Shown piece after piece: positions 8,701-18,302 of a DNA stretch of 64,000 bases. The notes beneath the pieces were generated by a model, which ran no database searches, was not told the DNA's origin, and was given only the letters and a program-made list of their open reading frames with translations. The first letter of the stretch is position 1; every line of letters begins with the position of its first letter. Origin of the DNA: a virus; the IMG/VR virus record IMGVR_UViG_3300042314_000177, positions 4,854-68,853 of that record. The stretch is one strand, 5' to 3'. The position numbers and the translations under genes were made by a program.

Positions 8701-9558
8701 TTAGGTTTTCTTATTACGACGCTTATACTCCATGACCTTTGACAAGTCTCCGGTCTTCAGAGCTTCAGCGCGTAAGCGTTCAAGTTGTGAATCAATGGAA
8801 CCAGACACACGCCCACCGCTTGTGGTGATTGTACGTTCTGGCGAGGTTGATGCCCTACGGTTTGTTACTTTCAACTGAGTCTCCAGTTTTGCTACCGCAA
8901 AGGCAAACTTTACGGGGTCGGTGATTGCTGCAAGTTCCTTAGCTCGCTTAGTGCTTTTGCCAATTGCGTAGATAAGCAAAGCAGGGTTGTCAGAGCCTTG
9001 TAGAACTATCCCTTGTTGCGTGACGTTGAACGTATCTAAAGCCGTTGCTTCAGCTTCGTCATAGTCACGCACCTTTAACGAAGATTTTGCCTTCGCATAG
9101 GAATCAAGCTTGTTCTGCCACGCCTTAGCTTCAGCGTCTTGCTGGGCTTTAGCATTGGCTTCGGCTGCATCGTATTCGCGTTTCTGCTCATACCAGTCAG
9201 CAAGCTTTTGTTCGTACTCGTCGGAATCATAATCGCAATTCTCAAGCGTTGGCTTTGCTACTAGTGCAACTGGTTTGGTCTCAGTTGCTGTGGTACTTAG
9301 CTTTGCTTCTAGTTCGCGTATCTTCCGCTCTTTTTCCCGATTTGATTTACGCAATTCACGCACCCAAGCAGGCGCACGAACTTCTTCATCTTGAGGTGGC
9401 GATTCCTCTCCGATAGATATTACGACTTCATCTTCGTCATCTTCTTCCTCATCATCATCCAGGTCGATGGAATTGGTCTCATCTTCTGCTTGGTCATTGA
9501 TGTCTGTGTCGATGTCGATTGTTTCGATGTTGTCGTTATCCAGTTCTGCCGTTTTCAT
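8701..9558 (-). CDS. Scaffolding protein
   Basis: Acidic N-terminus, coiled coil, basic C-terminal helix; between portal and coat. Confidence 0.85.
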   Translation of the reverse strand: MKTAELDNDNIETIDIDTDINDQAEDETNSIDLDDDEEEDDEDEVVISIGEESPPQDEEVRAPAWVRELRKSNREKERKIRELEAKLSTTATETKPVALVAKPTLENCDYDSDEYEQKLADWYEQKREYDAAEANAKAQQDAEAKAWQNKLDSYAKAKSSLKVRDYDEAEATALDTFNVTQQGIVLQGSDNPALLIYAIGKSTKRAKELAAITDPVKFAFAVAKLETQLKVTNRRASTSPERTITTSGGRVSGSIDSQLERLRAEALKTGDLSKVMEYKRRNKKT

Positions 9559-9575
9559 GTTTTAACCCCATTAAC

Positions 9576-11648
9576 TCACCCAAATTGTGTGGAGGGTGGA
9601 ACCACATTCGTACTGGGTCGCAATGCTTCCCCAATCTTTTCAGCAGTCTCAATAGCCGACTTGCGCTGGTCAATGTCGATGTTTGAGATAGTCTCTGCTG
9701 TCTTAGCACGGGTTTCTTCCGATCGTGCCAAGGTATATTCAGTGTTAGCTTGTGCTTGGATAGCCTGAGCCTGTGACTTAGCGGCTTCGGCAAGCAAGTA
9801 AGCGGATTGCGGATCAGGCTGCACGTTTGCTTGTGCTTCCATCATCTGCTGTTGTTCTTCTTCCGTTGGCTGCAATACGCCCATCTGGACTAGCTGCTTG
9901 CGGAAGTATTCCTTGATGTCGCCAATGCCTTCGCCTTCCATGTTCATGATAGCCATAGCTTGCAGAACCTGTTGGGTTGTCGGGTCGGTGGTAACTGCCA
10001 TCATGCCTGTAAGCGCACGGACTGTAGCGTCACGGCGACTGCTCGACGATGGGCCAACGTCTACTGCAACGTCAAACAAGGCATCGCCCAAGTTGTTTTC
10101 GTAAATCAGTTCGCCTGTTTCTTCGTCGATCTGTGGCTTCATCAGTTCAATCGAACCAACTTCTTCCATAGCGCCAATAGTCTTCATCTTGCGCTTTTCT
10201 TCAACGTAGATGTCTTTCGACATTGACAGCCATATCTCACCACAGCGCCGCACAGCCTTCGCCATGTTGCTCATGTAGATGAACGTCTGCATATCCAAGC
10301 GGGTCTGGATAAGCTCAACAGCCTTGCCGCTGATGCCGCTGACCATCTTGTCAGCTTGCTGGTTGTTACCCAGTATCTCAGCCATGTCTTGCTCAGTGAT
10401 TTGAAGCAGTGCTGCCATCGCTGGCGGAATCTGTGCAGACTTGGTGTAAGCAACTGGGCCAGACGCTTGAGTCTCGCCATTTGGCCCTGTGATTGGATTG
10501 ACTAGCAGGTAAGGATAGTTGCGTAGGTTATCCTCTGCCCACATGACCTGATGGCCTGAGACTTGCTCTGGAACCAAGATAGGCTTTTCAATGGATGAAA
10601 GCGCACTGATCTCACCCAGCTTCGATAGCTGCATATTCTTCAGGCGCTGCGGGTCTTTGGCAAGGCGCACATGGCCCATGCAACGCTCAACGTTATCAAC
10701 GAACCAACGCTTGCCATAGACAGGAACGATCGGAATATTCTTGCCAGCGATGTAGCCTTGGTCTTCAAGGATGCCGCCACCGCTCATGATATACTTACGG
10801 ACGCGCTTCCGTTTAATACGCTTCTGGCGTACTTCTACCGTTCCAACAGCAGCCAGAGTTTCCTCTAGCGTTTCGTCTGCGTCAAAGTCTGCTTGCGTGT
10901 AGCGTTCTTCTTCGCCTTGGATTGTCAGGAAGATTCGGACAGTCTCGCGGGTTTCCTCAACGCGGTAATACTCAGCCACGAACACAATGTCAGGCGTGTC
11001 CCAATCAAACTCATACTGGTGAATGATTTTGGGCCAGGTCGTTGGGTCATCATTCCATTCAGCTTTGTAAGCCTCATAGGTCATGGAATACAGAACGAAG
11101 CAATACTTAGCGTCGGCCTTGTCCTGGCGTTTTGCATCGATGTCAAAGAACACAGAGCTATCAGCGTCATAGATTGGTTCTATGCGGATGCGCTGGCGTT
11201 CGTCCTCATCGTTCTCATCATCTTCATAGGTAGTGCGTAAGCGCCATGCGCCAAAGCCACCGCCAACTGCTTCCTCAAAAGCGTTGTCGTATGCTTCTTC
11301 TGCGCCGCTGTCCCGTTCGTCTGCACGATAGAGACCGTTGCACGTTTCTGTTAACTTGTCGTTTGCCTCGCCATCTTTGCTAACAAAGTCTACGGCAATG
11401 CGGTTATTACGATATTCGTTGATGATACGGATGACGCTAAGGTGAATCTTGTTTACCTCAAAGCGTGGCTTGTTTTCGTATTGGTCACCGAGTGGGCCTT
11501 CCCACTGTGCGCCAGCGATGGAATAGAAACGCCTGTCTTGAAGGCATTGTAGGCGCTCATCACGCACCGACGATTGAACGCGGTCGAACTCTACCATCGC
11601 CTGTTGATGGATGTTCGCAAACCTTTGTTCTCTATTCAGTCGAGCCAT
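9576..11648 (-). CDS. Portal protein, P22 gp1-like
   Basis: 690 aa with Gln/Ala helical C-terminal barrel; follows TerL. Confidence 0.93.
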   Translation of the reverse strand: MARLNREQRFANIHQQAMVEFDRVQSSVRDERLQCLQDRRFYSIAGAQWEGPLGDQYENKPRFEVNKIHLSVIRIINEYRNNRIAVDFVSKDGEANDKLTETCNGLYRADERDSGAEEAYDNAFEEAVGGGFGAWRLRTTYEDDENDEDERQRIRIEPIYDADSSVFFDIDAKRQDKADAKYCFVLYSMTYEAYKAEWNDDPTTWPKIIHQYEFDWDTPDIVFVAEYYRVEETRETVRIFLTIQGEEERYTQADFDADETLEETLAAVGTVEVRQKRIKRKRVRKYIMSGGGILEDQGYIAGKNIPIVPVYGKRWFVDNVERCMGHVRLAKDPQRLKNMQLSKLGEISALSSIEKPILVPEQVSGHQVMWAEDNLRNYPYLLVNPITGPNGETQASGPVAYTKSAQIPPAMAALLQITEQDMAEILGNNQQADKMVSGISGKAVELIQTRLDMQTFIYMSNMAKAVRRCGEIWLSMSKDIYVEEKRKMKTIGAMEEVGSIELMKPQIDEETGELIYENNLGDALFDVAVDVGPSSSSRRDATVRALTGMMAVTTDPTTQQVLQAMAIMNMEGEGIGDIKEYFRKQLVQMGVLQPTEEEQQQMMEAQANVQPDPQSAYLLAEAAKSQAQAIQAQANTEYTLARSEETRAKTAETISNIDIDQRKSAIETAEKIGEALRPSTNVVPPSTQFG

Positions 11649-12872
11649 TTACCACCTACTCACAGTTGCTAAAGGTTGCACATCGAAAGTCTTTGGAACG
11701 ACTGCTCGACGGATGGCCTCACACGCATAACGTAGTGCGTCTATAAGGTGATTATCACGATCCGCAAGTATTGGCAAGATTTGTCCTGTCAAGGGGTCAG
11801 TTTTATAACTGTAGCACGTTAATTCGTCGATCGTGTGCTGGCAGCGAGGGTGGACAACGATGTCATATGACTTCAACCATTCGACGCCTTCCTCTACAGA
11901 CTTAGGCCCTTTGACTGCCGCCATAATCTTTGGGAAGCCATGTTTACGCATATGGCTGATGGTTTCAGGTCTGGCGCTATCAGCAACGATGGGCCACTTC
12001 TCAGAATCCGGCACAGTGAAGAACAGGTCTGGCGTGTCCATAATCTCACAGCCAACGCGATAGGCTTCGTGATCGACATAGATTGTTCTGCCAATAACAT
12101 GACAGCGGATTAGAACAGTCGGGTCAGATGCAAAGCCCCAGTCAGCGCCGAAGCGGTGCGTTGCGTCCTCTGGTGTATCGAAGTCCTCAATCTTCCAGTT
12201 GCGGAATACACGGGCTTCGCTGTTCGATGCGTAGCTTCCCAACCAAACGTGCTTGTATTTGTCAGGGTCACGCTCTCGATCGTATTCCATCTCCGCTTTA
12301 AGCACATCAGGGAACCAAGGATTGTCTCGATAGTTTACCTGTGCAACGATAGCGTCAGGTGGCGGATTCTCACCACGCAGCAGCATATCAATCGGGTCGG
12401 TGCTGTTCAGCGGGTTCCATGTGAACCATAGTTCGCTGTCTGGCTTACGGATTGTTGGACGCAATAGGTCAAGTGAACGTTGCGATAGCGTCTGCGATTC
12501 CTCAACCCAAGCGCAGTCGTAACCTTCCAGCGACTTAATGGAGTCAGCGGTGTGGTTCTGCATCCCCTGGAAGATGATTAGGCCATCGCCATGCCGTGAT
12601 TTAATCTGGGTTTCTTGAATCTCAAAGTAATCCTGAACACCAAGCTGTTCGATCTTTAGCTCCAGCAAACGCTTAACGGATTGCGCTAATGACTTCTGAA
12701 TCTCGCGGACGCATACTGTTCTGCGCCGCTGATCCATAACGTGCGCTTCGATAACCATTTCCGCAAAGGCATGGCTCTTGCCTGAACCACGCCCACCATG
12801 TGCGCCCTTGTAGCGACTAGGCTTTAGGAATGGCTTAAACCATCGCGGGGTTTTAATCTTCAGCGTTGTCAT
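11649..12872 (-). CDS. terL: Terminase large subunit (PBSX-family)
   Basis: Walker A GGRGSGKS, Walker B WVEE, nuclease GADWG and NHLIDALRY. Confidence 0.95.
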   Translation of the reverse strand: MTTLKIKTPRWFKPFLKPSRYKGAHGGRGSGKSHAFAEMVIEAHVMDQRRRTVCVREIQKSLAQSVKRLLELKIEQLGVQDYFEIQETQIKSRHGDGLIIFQGMQNHTADSIKSLEGYDCAWVEESQTLSQRSLDLLRPTIRKPDSELWFTWNPLNSTDPIDMLLRGENPPPDAIVAQVNYRDNPWFPDVLKAEMEYDRERDPDKYKHVWLGSYASNSEARVFRNWKIEDFDTPEDATHRFGADWGFASDPTVLIRCHVIGRTIYVDHEAYRVGCEIMDTPDLFFTVPDSEKWPIVADSARPETISHMRKHGFPKIMAAVKGPKSVEEGVEWLKSYDIVVHPRCQHTIDELTCYSYKTDPLTGQILPILADRDNHLIDALRYACEAIRRAVVPKTFDVQPLATVSRW

Positions 12873-13263
12873 CGATCACTTCACGCTGGATGCGCTGGAT
12901 CATGCTGCCAGTGATACTAAGCTTAGTCGGCTCGTTAAACCCATGCATTACGTTTAGCTCTTTAACGGCTGCTGTCATGCCTGTTGATGTCTTTGCATCC
13001 TGGGCAATACGATACGCTTGTATCAACCCTTTGACAGACATTTCGCGTGTCCATAATTGCTTTTCAACAACCTGTGATTTCAATTCATCAACCCTTATAG
13101 CAACCTTAGGGTTTTTCATCAGGTTGGATGCCTGCACATAAATGCTGGCATCAGATCCAGTCTTAGCGTCATAAGCAGTTCGATAAGCATCTGCTTGCCC
13201 CATGCCATCAGCAATGCATTGAGCGAACAATTCTTGTTTTGCAGTCAACTTATTTTGAGTCAT
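12853..13263 (-). CDS. terS: Terminase small subunit
   Basis: LTAKQELFAQ...ADAYRTAY helix-turn-helix; directly upstream of terL. Confidence 0.85.
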   Translation of the reverse strand: MTQNKLTAKQELFAQCIADGMGQADAYRTAYDAKTGSDASIYVQASNLMKNPKVAIRVDELKSQVVEKQLWTREMSVKGLIQAYRIAQDAKTSTGMTAAVKELNVMHGFNEPTKLSITGSMIQRIQREVIDDNAED

Positions 13264-14599
13264 TGAATGTCTCACCTGTCTCTGCGTGGATAGCTTCCCT
13301 GCCTGTAAATTGCTGCCAACGATTAATGATTAAATCCACATACAACGGGCTTAATTCCAAGCCATATGCGTTTCTTCCATTCTTCTCCGCTGCCATCAGA
13401 GTTGAACCACTCCCCATGAACGGATCGAAAACGACATCATCAGGATCAGTATACGCTTTTATAAAGAACTCTGGAAGACCTACCGGATAAGCAGCCGGAT
13501 GCCCTAATGCCTCAGATTGAAAGGTCGGCAGTCTGTTACCAGGATAAGCCATTCCTGCTGCAACCGCATTACCATCAACGGCAGACACATGGCCTTGGCG
13601 TTGCGCTGCATTGGTGTTGCCAGCGCCCTTCCCCTTTGCTTTAGGAACAGCCTTTGATTCATGCTTCACTGCGTCTGGATTAAACTTCCATTCACCCTTG
13701 GTAAAATGATAGATTGGCTCAAATTGGTTCTTGAACCTTCTTGCAACCTGTTGAGGTATTCCAGCTCTCTCCCAGCAGAACTCATCTGCATAATTCCATT
13801 GCCATTTGCGCGCATGGGCTAACACTAAGTCAAATACATACAGCTCGCGTTTTATGCCTTCAGCATTAGGCTTGATGTTGCAGAAATACGAACCATCGTT
13901 TTCTAGGTTTGCATAAATGTTTGTTGCAATGTCTTCATACCAATCCACATACTCATCAACGTGAATGGGTTTGAAGGATGATTCTTTATCATATTCCCGC
14001 TGTGACGCATACGGAGGAGATGTAACCACCAGGTTAATCATTTTCCCATCAAGAACCTTTGCGACATCGTTGAAGGATTTGCAATCTCCACACATTAACC
14101 TGTGATTGCCCAATATCCAGACATCACCCACAATGGTCTTTGCTGTTTTAGGCATCTCAGGAACAGTGTCTTCATCCACCAATTTAACGGACGGCACTGT
14201 CTCCAGCAATCCATCGAGAAAATCATCATCAAATCCCAACAGCTCTAGGTTGAAGTTCTCTAGGTTAAGGTCTTCAATCTCCGCCTTCAACATATCCATG
14301 TCCCACCCTGCGTTTAGGGCAAGCTGGTTGTCTGCTATCACTAAGGCGCGTTGTTGAGCCTTTGTCAGATGGTCAAGGATAATGGCTGGCACTTCTTCCA
14401 TGCCAAGCTTTCTTGCTGCCAGTAGGCGTCCATGTCCTGCAATGATCGTGTTATCGCCATCTATCAGGATTGGGTTAGTCCAGCCGAACTCTTTTATGCT
14501 GGCTGCGATCTGGGCCACCTGTGCATCGCTGTGCGTGCGGCTGTTGGCGGCATATGGAATTAAATCTGCGACTAGGCGCGTTTCAATCTTTGGTGTCAT
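13250..14599 (-). CDS. ParB-N domain fused to beta-class amino DNA methyltransferase
   Basis: IAASIKEFGWTNPILID..AGHGRL (ParB-N); TSPPY (motif IV); DPFMGSGST (motif I). Confidence 0.9.
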   Translation of the reverse strand: MTPKIETRLVADLIPYAANSRTHSDAQVAQIAASIKEFGWTNPILIDGDNTIIAGHGRLLAARKLGMEEVPAIILDHLTKAQQRALVIADNQLALNAGWDMDMLKAEIEDLNLENFNLELLGFDDDFLDGLLETVPSVKLVDEDTVPEMPKTAKTIVGDVWILGNHRLMCGDCKSFNDVAKVLDGKMINLVVTSPPYASQREYDKESSFKPIHVDEYVDWYEDIATNIYANLENDGSYFCNIKPNAEGIKRELYVFDLVLAHARKWQWNYADEFCWERAGIPQQVARRFKNQFEPIYHFTKGEWKFNPDAVKHESKAVPKAKGKGAGNTNAAQRQGHVSAVDGNAVAAGMAYPGNRLPTFQSEALGHPAAYPVGLPEFFIKAYTDPDDVVFDPFMGSGSTLMAAEKNGRNAYGLELSPLYVDLIINRWQQFTGREAIHAETGETFNDSK

Positions 14600-14669
14600 C
14601 TCAGCTTCCAATAAGGTCTGGTGGAAACCTTCTAGAGCATCTTAGTCACTGTGTCCATAATGTATGAAG

Positions 14670-14921
14670 TCAACTATCCACTTCATATCGATTGAAGGCT
14701 TTGGCTTCCACTTCAAGAAGCTTTGCAAGATAGTGCTGCGCCTTCATCAAATCCTCAATTCCATTCTTATCACGATAGCGTGCGAGATATTTTATGCAGT
14801 TTCCCTGTAAATATCCTGAGAATGCTTCTTGCGACATCCAGGACTCCATCACTTGCCAAGGCTGAACGCTTTTGGATGCGTAATGGTTTCCGCCTACTTG
14901 TTGTGAATTAACACTCATCAT
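14670..14921 (-). CDS. DUF3310-like protein
   Basis: QVGGNHY...GNCIKYLARYRDKNGIEDLMKAQHYL. Confidence 0.8.
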   Translation of the reverse strand: MMSVNSQQVGGNHYASKSVQPWQVMESWMSQEAFSGYLQGNCIKYLARYRDKNGIEDLMKAQHYLAKLLEVEAKAFNRYEVDS

Positions 14922-15132
14922 CTTCCTCCTCGTCTAAATAGCAAAACGGGTCATAGCCCTTTAGCATTGCATCGACTGCAACCATGATAGGCCCAGTGAT
15001 ACGCACTTTGCCAGCTTCCATCTTGCGAATGGTTGTGCCGCCATTGTCAGGCGATAGGCGGAGAGCGTCCGCCATCTCGTTTACGCTGTAGCCCATGTAG
15101 GCTCTAGCTAGTTTAAGCTTTGCTGGCGTCAT
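14908..15132 (-). CDS. XRE-type HTH protein
   Basis: LKLARAYMGYSVNEMADAL...TIRKMEAG. Confidence 0.75.
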   Translation of the reverse strand: MTPAKLKLARAYMGYSVNEMADALRLSPDNGGTTIRKMEAGKVRITGPIMVAVDAMLKGYDPFCYLDEEEDDEC

Positions 15133-15866
15133 GCTGATGCTCCTATAAACATATCCCCTTGGCGCTGTGCCTTGTCTAGTCGTTCACACGCTAATGTGAA
15201 ATATGCTTCGTTCTGCTCAATGCCTATAAACTTGCGGCCAGCCATAACAGAGGCAACTCCGGTTGTTCCACTACCCATGAATGGATCTAAAATTGTCTGC
15301 CCTAAGTTTGTGAAGTCAGCAATAAGTTCCGACATTAATCTGCGCGGTTTTTCAGTAGGGTGCAGGCCAGTGCGTTCCGCATTGTTCACTAAATGCGTGT
15401 AGACGCCACGCTTCCCGCCTGCATTCCATTTTGCGTGCCCAGTACCAGCCCATGCACAGACGAAGTTTTCAGCGCCCTGTGCTGGCCCCTGTCCGTTTAA
15501 CTGTGGCGTAGAGTCTGGCTTTATCCAAACGCAAGCTCGTTTGTATTTCATGGGGCTAGCATTGATATGCTCCGCCCATTGCCATACGCCTTCAACTGTG
15601 CAGAATGCTATGAACCAACCTTGGCAAATTTCTGATGATGACGCCACAAATGGTTCGCGTATCGCGTCAACTGAATCAAAGTTTATCTCTTTTAATTCTG
15701 GCCCAGAATCCTTACGCAAATTTGACAAATGCGCTTTTGCCGCGTGAAGCGACGCCTCATATGGCGGATCGCATATAATGTGGTCAACCGTTCCAATATT
15801 CGGCATGATGTCTAAGCAGTCACCAAGGTATAAGGTGGCGTTTCCGATTATCACTGACTCAGTCAT
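15129..15866 (-). CDS. Beta-class DNA methyltransferase (DPPY)
   Basis: ICDPPY, HPTEKP, LDPFMGSGTTG. Confidence 0.9.
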   Translation of the reverse strand: MTESVIIGNATLYLGDCLDIMPNIGTVDHIICDPPYEASLHAAKAHLSNLRKDSGPELKEINFDSVDAIREPFVASSSEICQGWFIAFCTVEGVWQWAEHINASPMKYKRACVWIKPDSTPQLNGQGPAQGAENFVCAWAGTGHAKWNAGGKRGVYTHLVNNAERTGLHPTEKPRRLMSELIADFTNLGQTILDPFMGSGTTGVASVMAGRKFIGIEQNEAYFTLACERLDKAQRQGDMFIGASA

Positions 15867-16104
15867 TTTCAGATTCCATTTCCGCCATCTTCTGCAATGA
15901 GTGAACAATGGTGCTGTGATCGCGGTTCATAATTCTTCCAATCTCTGTGGTTGAATAGCCCTTGCCTCTCATCCACACAACGCATTTCCGCCTTACTTCT
16001 ACCAATGGCTTCAGTTTGCTTCTGCCTAGAATGTCTTCAAGTGTGTAACCGTGTAATTCTGCAATGGCATCAATCTCTGCCAAATTCTTTTCCCTTGGCG
16101 TCAT
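15859..16104 (-). CDS. DnaA C-terminal (domain IV)-like HTH protein
   Basis: STTEIGRIMNRDHSTIVHS. Confidence 0.8.
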   Translation of the reverse strand: MTPREKNLAEIDAIAELHGYTLEDILGRSKLKPLVEVRRKCVVWMRGKGYSTTEIGRIMNRDHSTIVHSLQKMAEMESEND

Positions 16105-16135
16105 GAATGTTCCTTAATGGAAGTTCCGTATAGCA

Positions 16136-16336
16136 TTAGATTTTGTCCTTTTTAATAAAGCGGCCCGTGTTTGAATCGCGCAGTGAAGCGTTGCGTTTCA
16201 AGAGTAACAATTCCGTTGTGTCCTTTATCCATGCATTCCGCCACCAAGTGCGGTCAACGTGCGTTTGCCATAAGATAAGTAGCGTTGTGGCTTCCAGCGC
16301 CAGCATCGCAATGATTGCGATTTGATATTGGTTCAT
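16136..16336 (-). CDS. Hypothetical membrane protein (A only)
   Basis: GGAGG RBS; hydrophobic N-terminus. Confidence 0.6.
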   Translation of the reverse strand: MNQYQIAIIAMLALEATTLLILWQTHVDRTWWRNAWIKDTTELLLLKRNASLRDSNTGRFIKKDKI

Positions 16337-16366
16337 TTAATCCTCCCTACTTACTGTGTTAATGGC

Positions 16367-16609
16367 TTAGTCGGCATCGACAAAATCATGGTATAGCAAT
16401 GCCTCTGTGACGATTGCGGCAGCACAATGTTCTGCGCTTGAAAACTGATCCATGTAAGCAAATCCCATTGCGTCAATGCAAGCATCAAACAAGCGGTTGC
16501 TGTTGCGGATGTATTCGTGCGGATCAGCGCATTCTTCAAATGGGCCAGCGCGAAGCTGCTTTGATAGAAGTCCGTCGATGCGTTCAAATTGGCGAAGAGT
16601 GATGCTCAT
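16367..16609 (-). CDS. Hypothetical protein (A only)
   Basis: ATGA coupling with the upstream ORF. Confidence 0.6.
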   Translation of the reverse strand: MSITLRQFERIDGLLSKQLRAGPFEECADPHEYIRNSNRLFDACIDAMGFAYMDQFSSAEHCAAAIVTEALLYHDFVDAD

Positions 16610-16809
16610 GCGAACGTAAACTCCCGTTCGTGAAAGCAGTGAGCGAACCAGCGAGGAGCTGGATTGCTGCTAATTAGATCAGCAAAGAAGGCATATTCTG
16701 CATTACCTTTGCCATCAAAGCGAAAGCAACGATCGGAAGGCTGGCGCTCATCAGCGTCAGTGACTTCGATGAAAACACCGTCAGCGAGTGTGGAAAACTT
16801 TACTAGCAT
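16606..16809 (-). CDS. Hypothetical protein (A only)
   Basis: AAGGAG RBS, first gene after a promoter module. Confidence 0.6.
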   Translation of the reverse strand: MLVKFSTLADGVFIEVTDADERQPSDRCFRFDGKGNAEYAFFADLISSNPAPRWFAHCFHEREFTFA

Positions 16810-16896
16810 TAAACTTACTCCTTAAAGGCGAGGCATTGCCTCCGTTGCTGTTGCACCCTCATAGTCTTGGTGATTTTATATGTAAAGCACTTTTTT
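16810..16896 (-). promoter_or_regulatory. Repeated promoter-hairpin-RBS module
   Basis: AAAAAAGTGC-TTTACA-N17-TATGAG, GAGGCAATGCCTC hairpin, AAGGAG. Confidence 0.7.
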
Positions 16897-16906
16897 CAAT
16901 TAAATA

Positions 16907-17080
16907 TCATTTTTGCCGTTTTGCGTGTTCTATTGCGGCAATAGCCCATTCCTTTGGCGCTCCAGCATACTTACCTTTGGCCCAGTTCTTTCGTATATCA
17001 TCCATAGATATGCTTCCAAGGTCATATTTAGCCAGGTCGCACATTAGGTTTGTGGCTGCGCTGGTGCTAGTCTTGACCAA
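16907..17080 (-). CDS. Hypothetical protein
   Basis: MCDLAKY...WA.GKY..AP.EWAIAAIE conserved at 51600-51776; start uncertain. Confidence 0.7.
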   Translation of the reverse strand: MVKTSTSAATNLMCDLAKYDLGSISMDDIRKNWAKGKYAGAPKEWAIAAIEHAKRQK

Positions 17081-17591
17081 TTTGTAAGTTTCTCCGTAGC
17101 TCTGCAAGCTCCTCTGCCGTAACGTATTCCTGGGGCGGAGCGTAATCGCGGTAGTGAATCATCAAAAGATGCTTGGCGCGATTGATCCTGCGTCTGCGAT
17201 CATAGCCCTCATTCTGAACCACCGAATCTATCTCCGCTGGCGTTGGCATGAACTTGCAAGTCCGCAGCAGCTTTAGAAACGCGCTGCGTAAATCGACCAA
17301 TGGATAGATTCGCAGTGTCAGCCAATACAGTTCTAACCGCTCCGCTTCTTCCTCCACACTGCGCTTCTGGCTGGCTGTGGCTAGTGAAAGCTTGGCAATC
17401 ATAACCTCGACCTGTTCGCGATCAGGCATTGGTGGCCTTGGTGCGTCCACAAACTGCTGAAGGGTCTCCGCAGACTTAGGCCCAATCGTCGGTAGGTCGC
17501 TCCCCATCAGCAGCTCGTCGAGCTTGGCTGGCAATGACTGCTCTGACCATTGAATTGGTTGGTTCTGCTGCGTGTTTGCTATTTCCTGCAT
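17067..17591 (-). CDS. Replication accessory protein (helicase loader/inhibitor position)
   Basis: Follows the initiator; CKFMPTPAEI motif; conserved in B; start uncertain. Confidence 0.6.
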   Translation of the reverse strand: MQEIANTQQNQPIQWSEQSLPAKLDELLMGSDLPTIGPKSAETLQQFVDAPRPPMPDREQVEVMIAKLSLATASQKRSVEEEAERLELYWLTLRIYPLVDLRSAFLKLLRTCKFMPTPAEIDSVVQNEGYDRRRRINRAKHLLMIHYRDYAPPQEYVTAEELAELRRNLQIGQD

Positions 17592-18234
17592 TGGTCGCGC
17601 CTTTCGGTTCGTATATATCCAGCCAGCCGTTGATTGTCGAACGGTCTAGCAATTCGTTGATGTCATGTCCTACTGAGTGCAAGGCTTCCAGTTTGGTAAG
17701 CGCCCTTGCTTTCGCTCTATCGGTTAATGGGCGCTTGCGTTGCTTCCGCATCTCCACCCAACCGTTCCAAGCATCTATAGGCAACCATAGGGGATACCCC
17801 TCTATAATAACTGGTTTATGGTTATTGGTTATTGGTTTATGGTTAGTGGTTAAGGTTACGACTGGGTTCTCACTGGCAACCGACTCGGAACCCACTGGGT
17901 TTTCCATGGCCTGTTTTATCGCAGTTTTCGGTCGCCCACCGCGCTTACCGTTCTCTCTATTGCGTTCAGCCTGACGATGATATTCCTCAATATCAGCATC
18001 GCATCGAGGATGCCTCCATCCTTCTTCAGTGCAAATAAACATATCATTGAGCAAAACTTCAATCACACCCACATCTATTCGGATGCGTCTGGCAACCCAC
18101 TGGGTTTCGAGTGGGATAGGTGATTCAGTTTCATAATACATATCTAGCAGCCGACGATAAGCCAAGTCCTCGTCGTTGGTTAGATGGCGTGTCGATCGAG
18201 CGTAATCGCCAATGTTGAATTTATAATAATGCAT
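17476..18234 (-). CDS. Replication initiator, YdaU/DUF1376 N-terminal domain
   Basis: MHYYKFNIGDY...AYRRLLDMYY; ENGKRGGRP; internal repeats. Confidence 0.85.
   Translation of the reverse strand: MHYYKFNIGDYARSTRHLTNDEDLAYRRLLDMYYETESPIPLETQWVARRIRIDVGVIEVLLNDMFICTEEGWRHPRCDADIEEYHRQAERNRENGKRGGRPKTAIKQAMENPVGSESVASENPVVTLTTNHKPITNNHKPVIIEGYPLWLPIDAWNGWVEMRKQRKRPLTDRAKARALTKLEALHSVGHDINELLDRSTINGWLDIYEPKGATNAGNSKHAAEPTNSMVRAVIASQARRAADGERPTDDWA
17811..17903. repeat. Candidate replication origin (iterons) in initiator A
   Basis: AACCCAGT repeats followed by tandem (T/A)AACCA units on the minus strand. Confidence 0.6.
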
Positions 18235-18236
18235 GA

Positions 18237-18302
18237 TTAATTTACTCGCCTTTTAATGGCGGTAATATCTTGCGTGATGGTTCTGTGGCGTGTATTACTC
18301 AT
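18237..18302 (-). CDS. Leader peptide upstream of the initiator (MSNTRHRTITQDITAIKRRVN)
   Basis: GAGGAGG RBS; NTRHRTITQD core conserved at 52867-52917. Confidence 0.55.
   Translation of the reverse strand: MSNTRHRTITQDITAIKRRVN

Noticed and set aside
17811-17903. CRISPR-like array
   Set aside because: Short iteron-type repeats within a coding region, no spacers, no cas genes.
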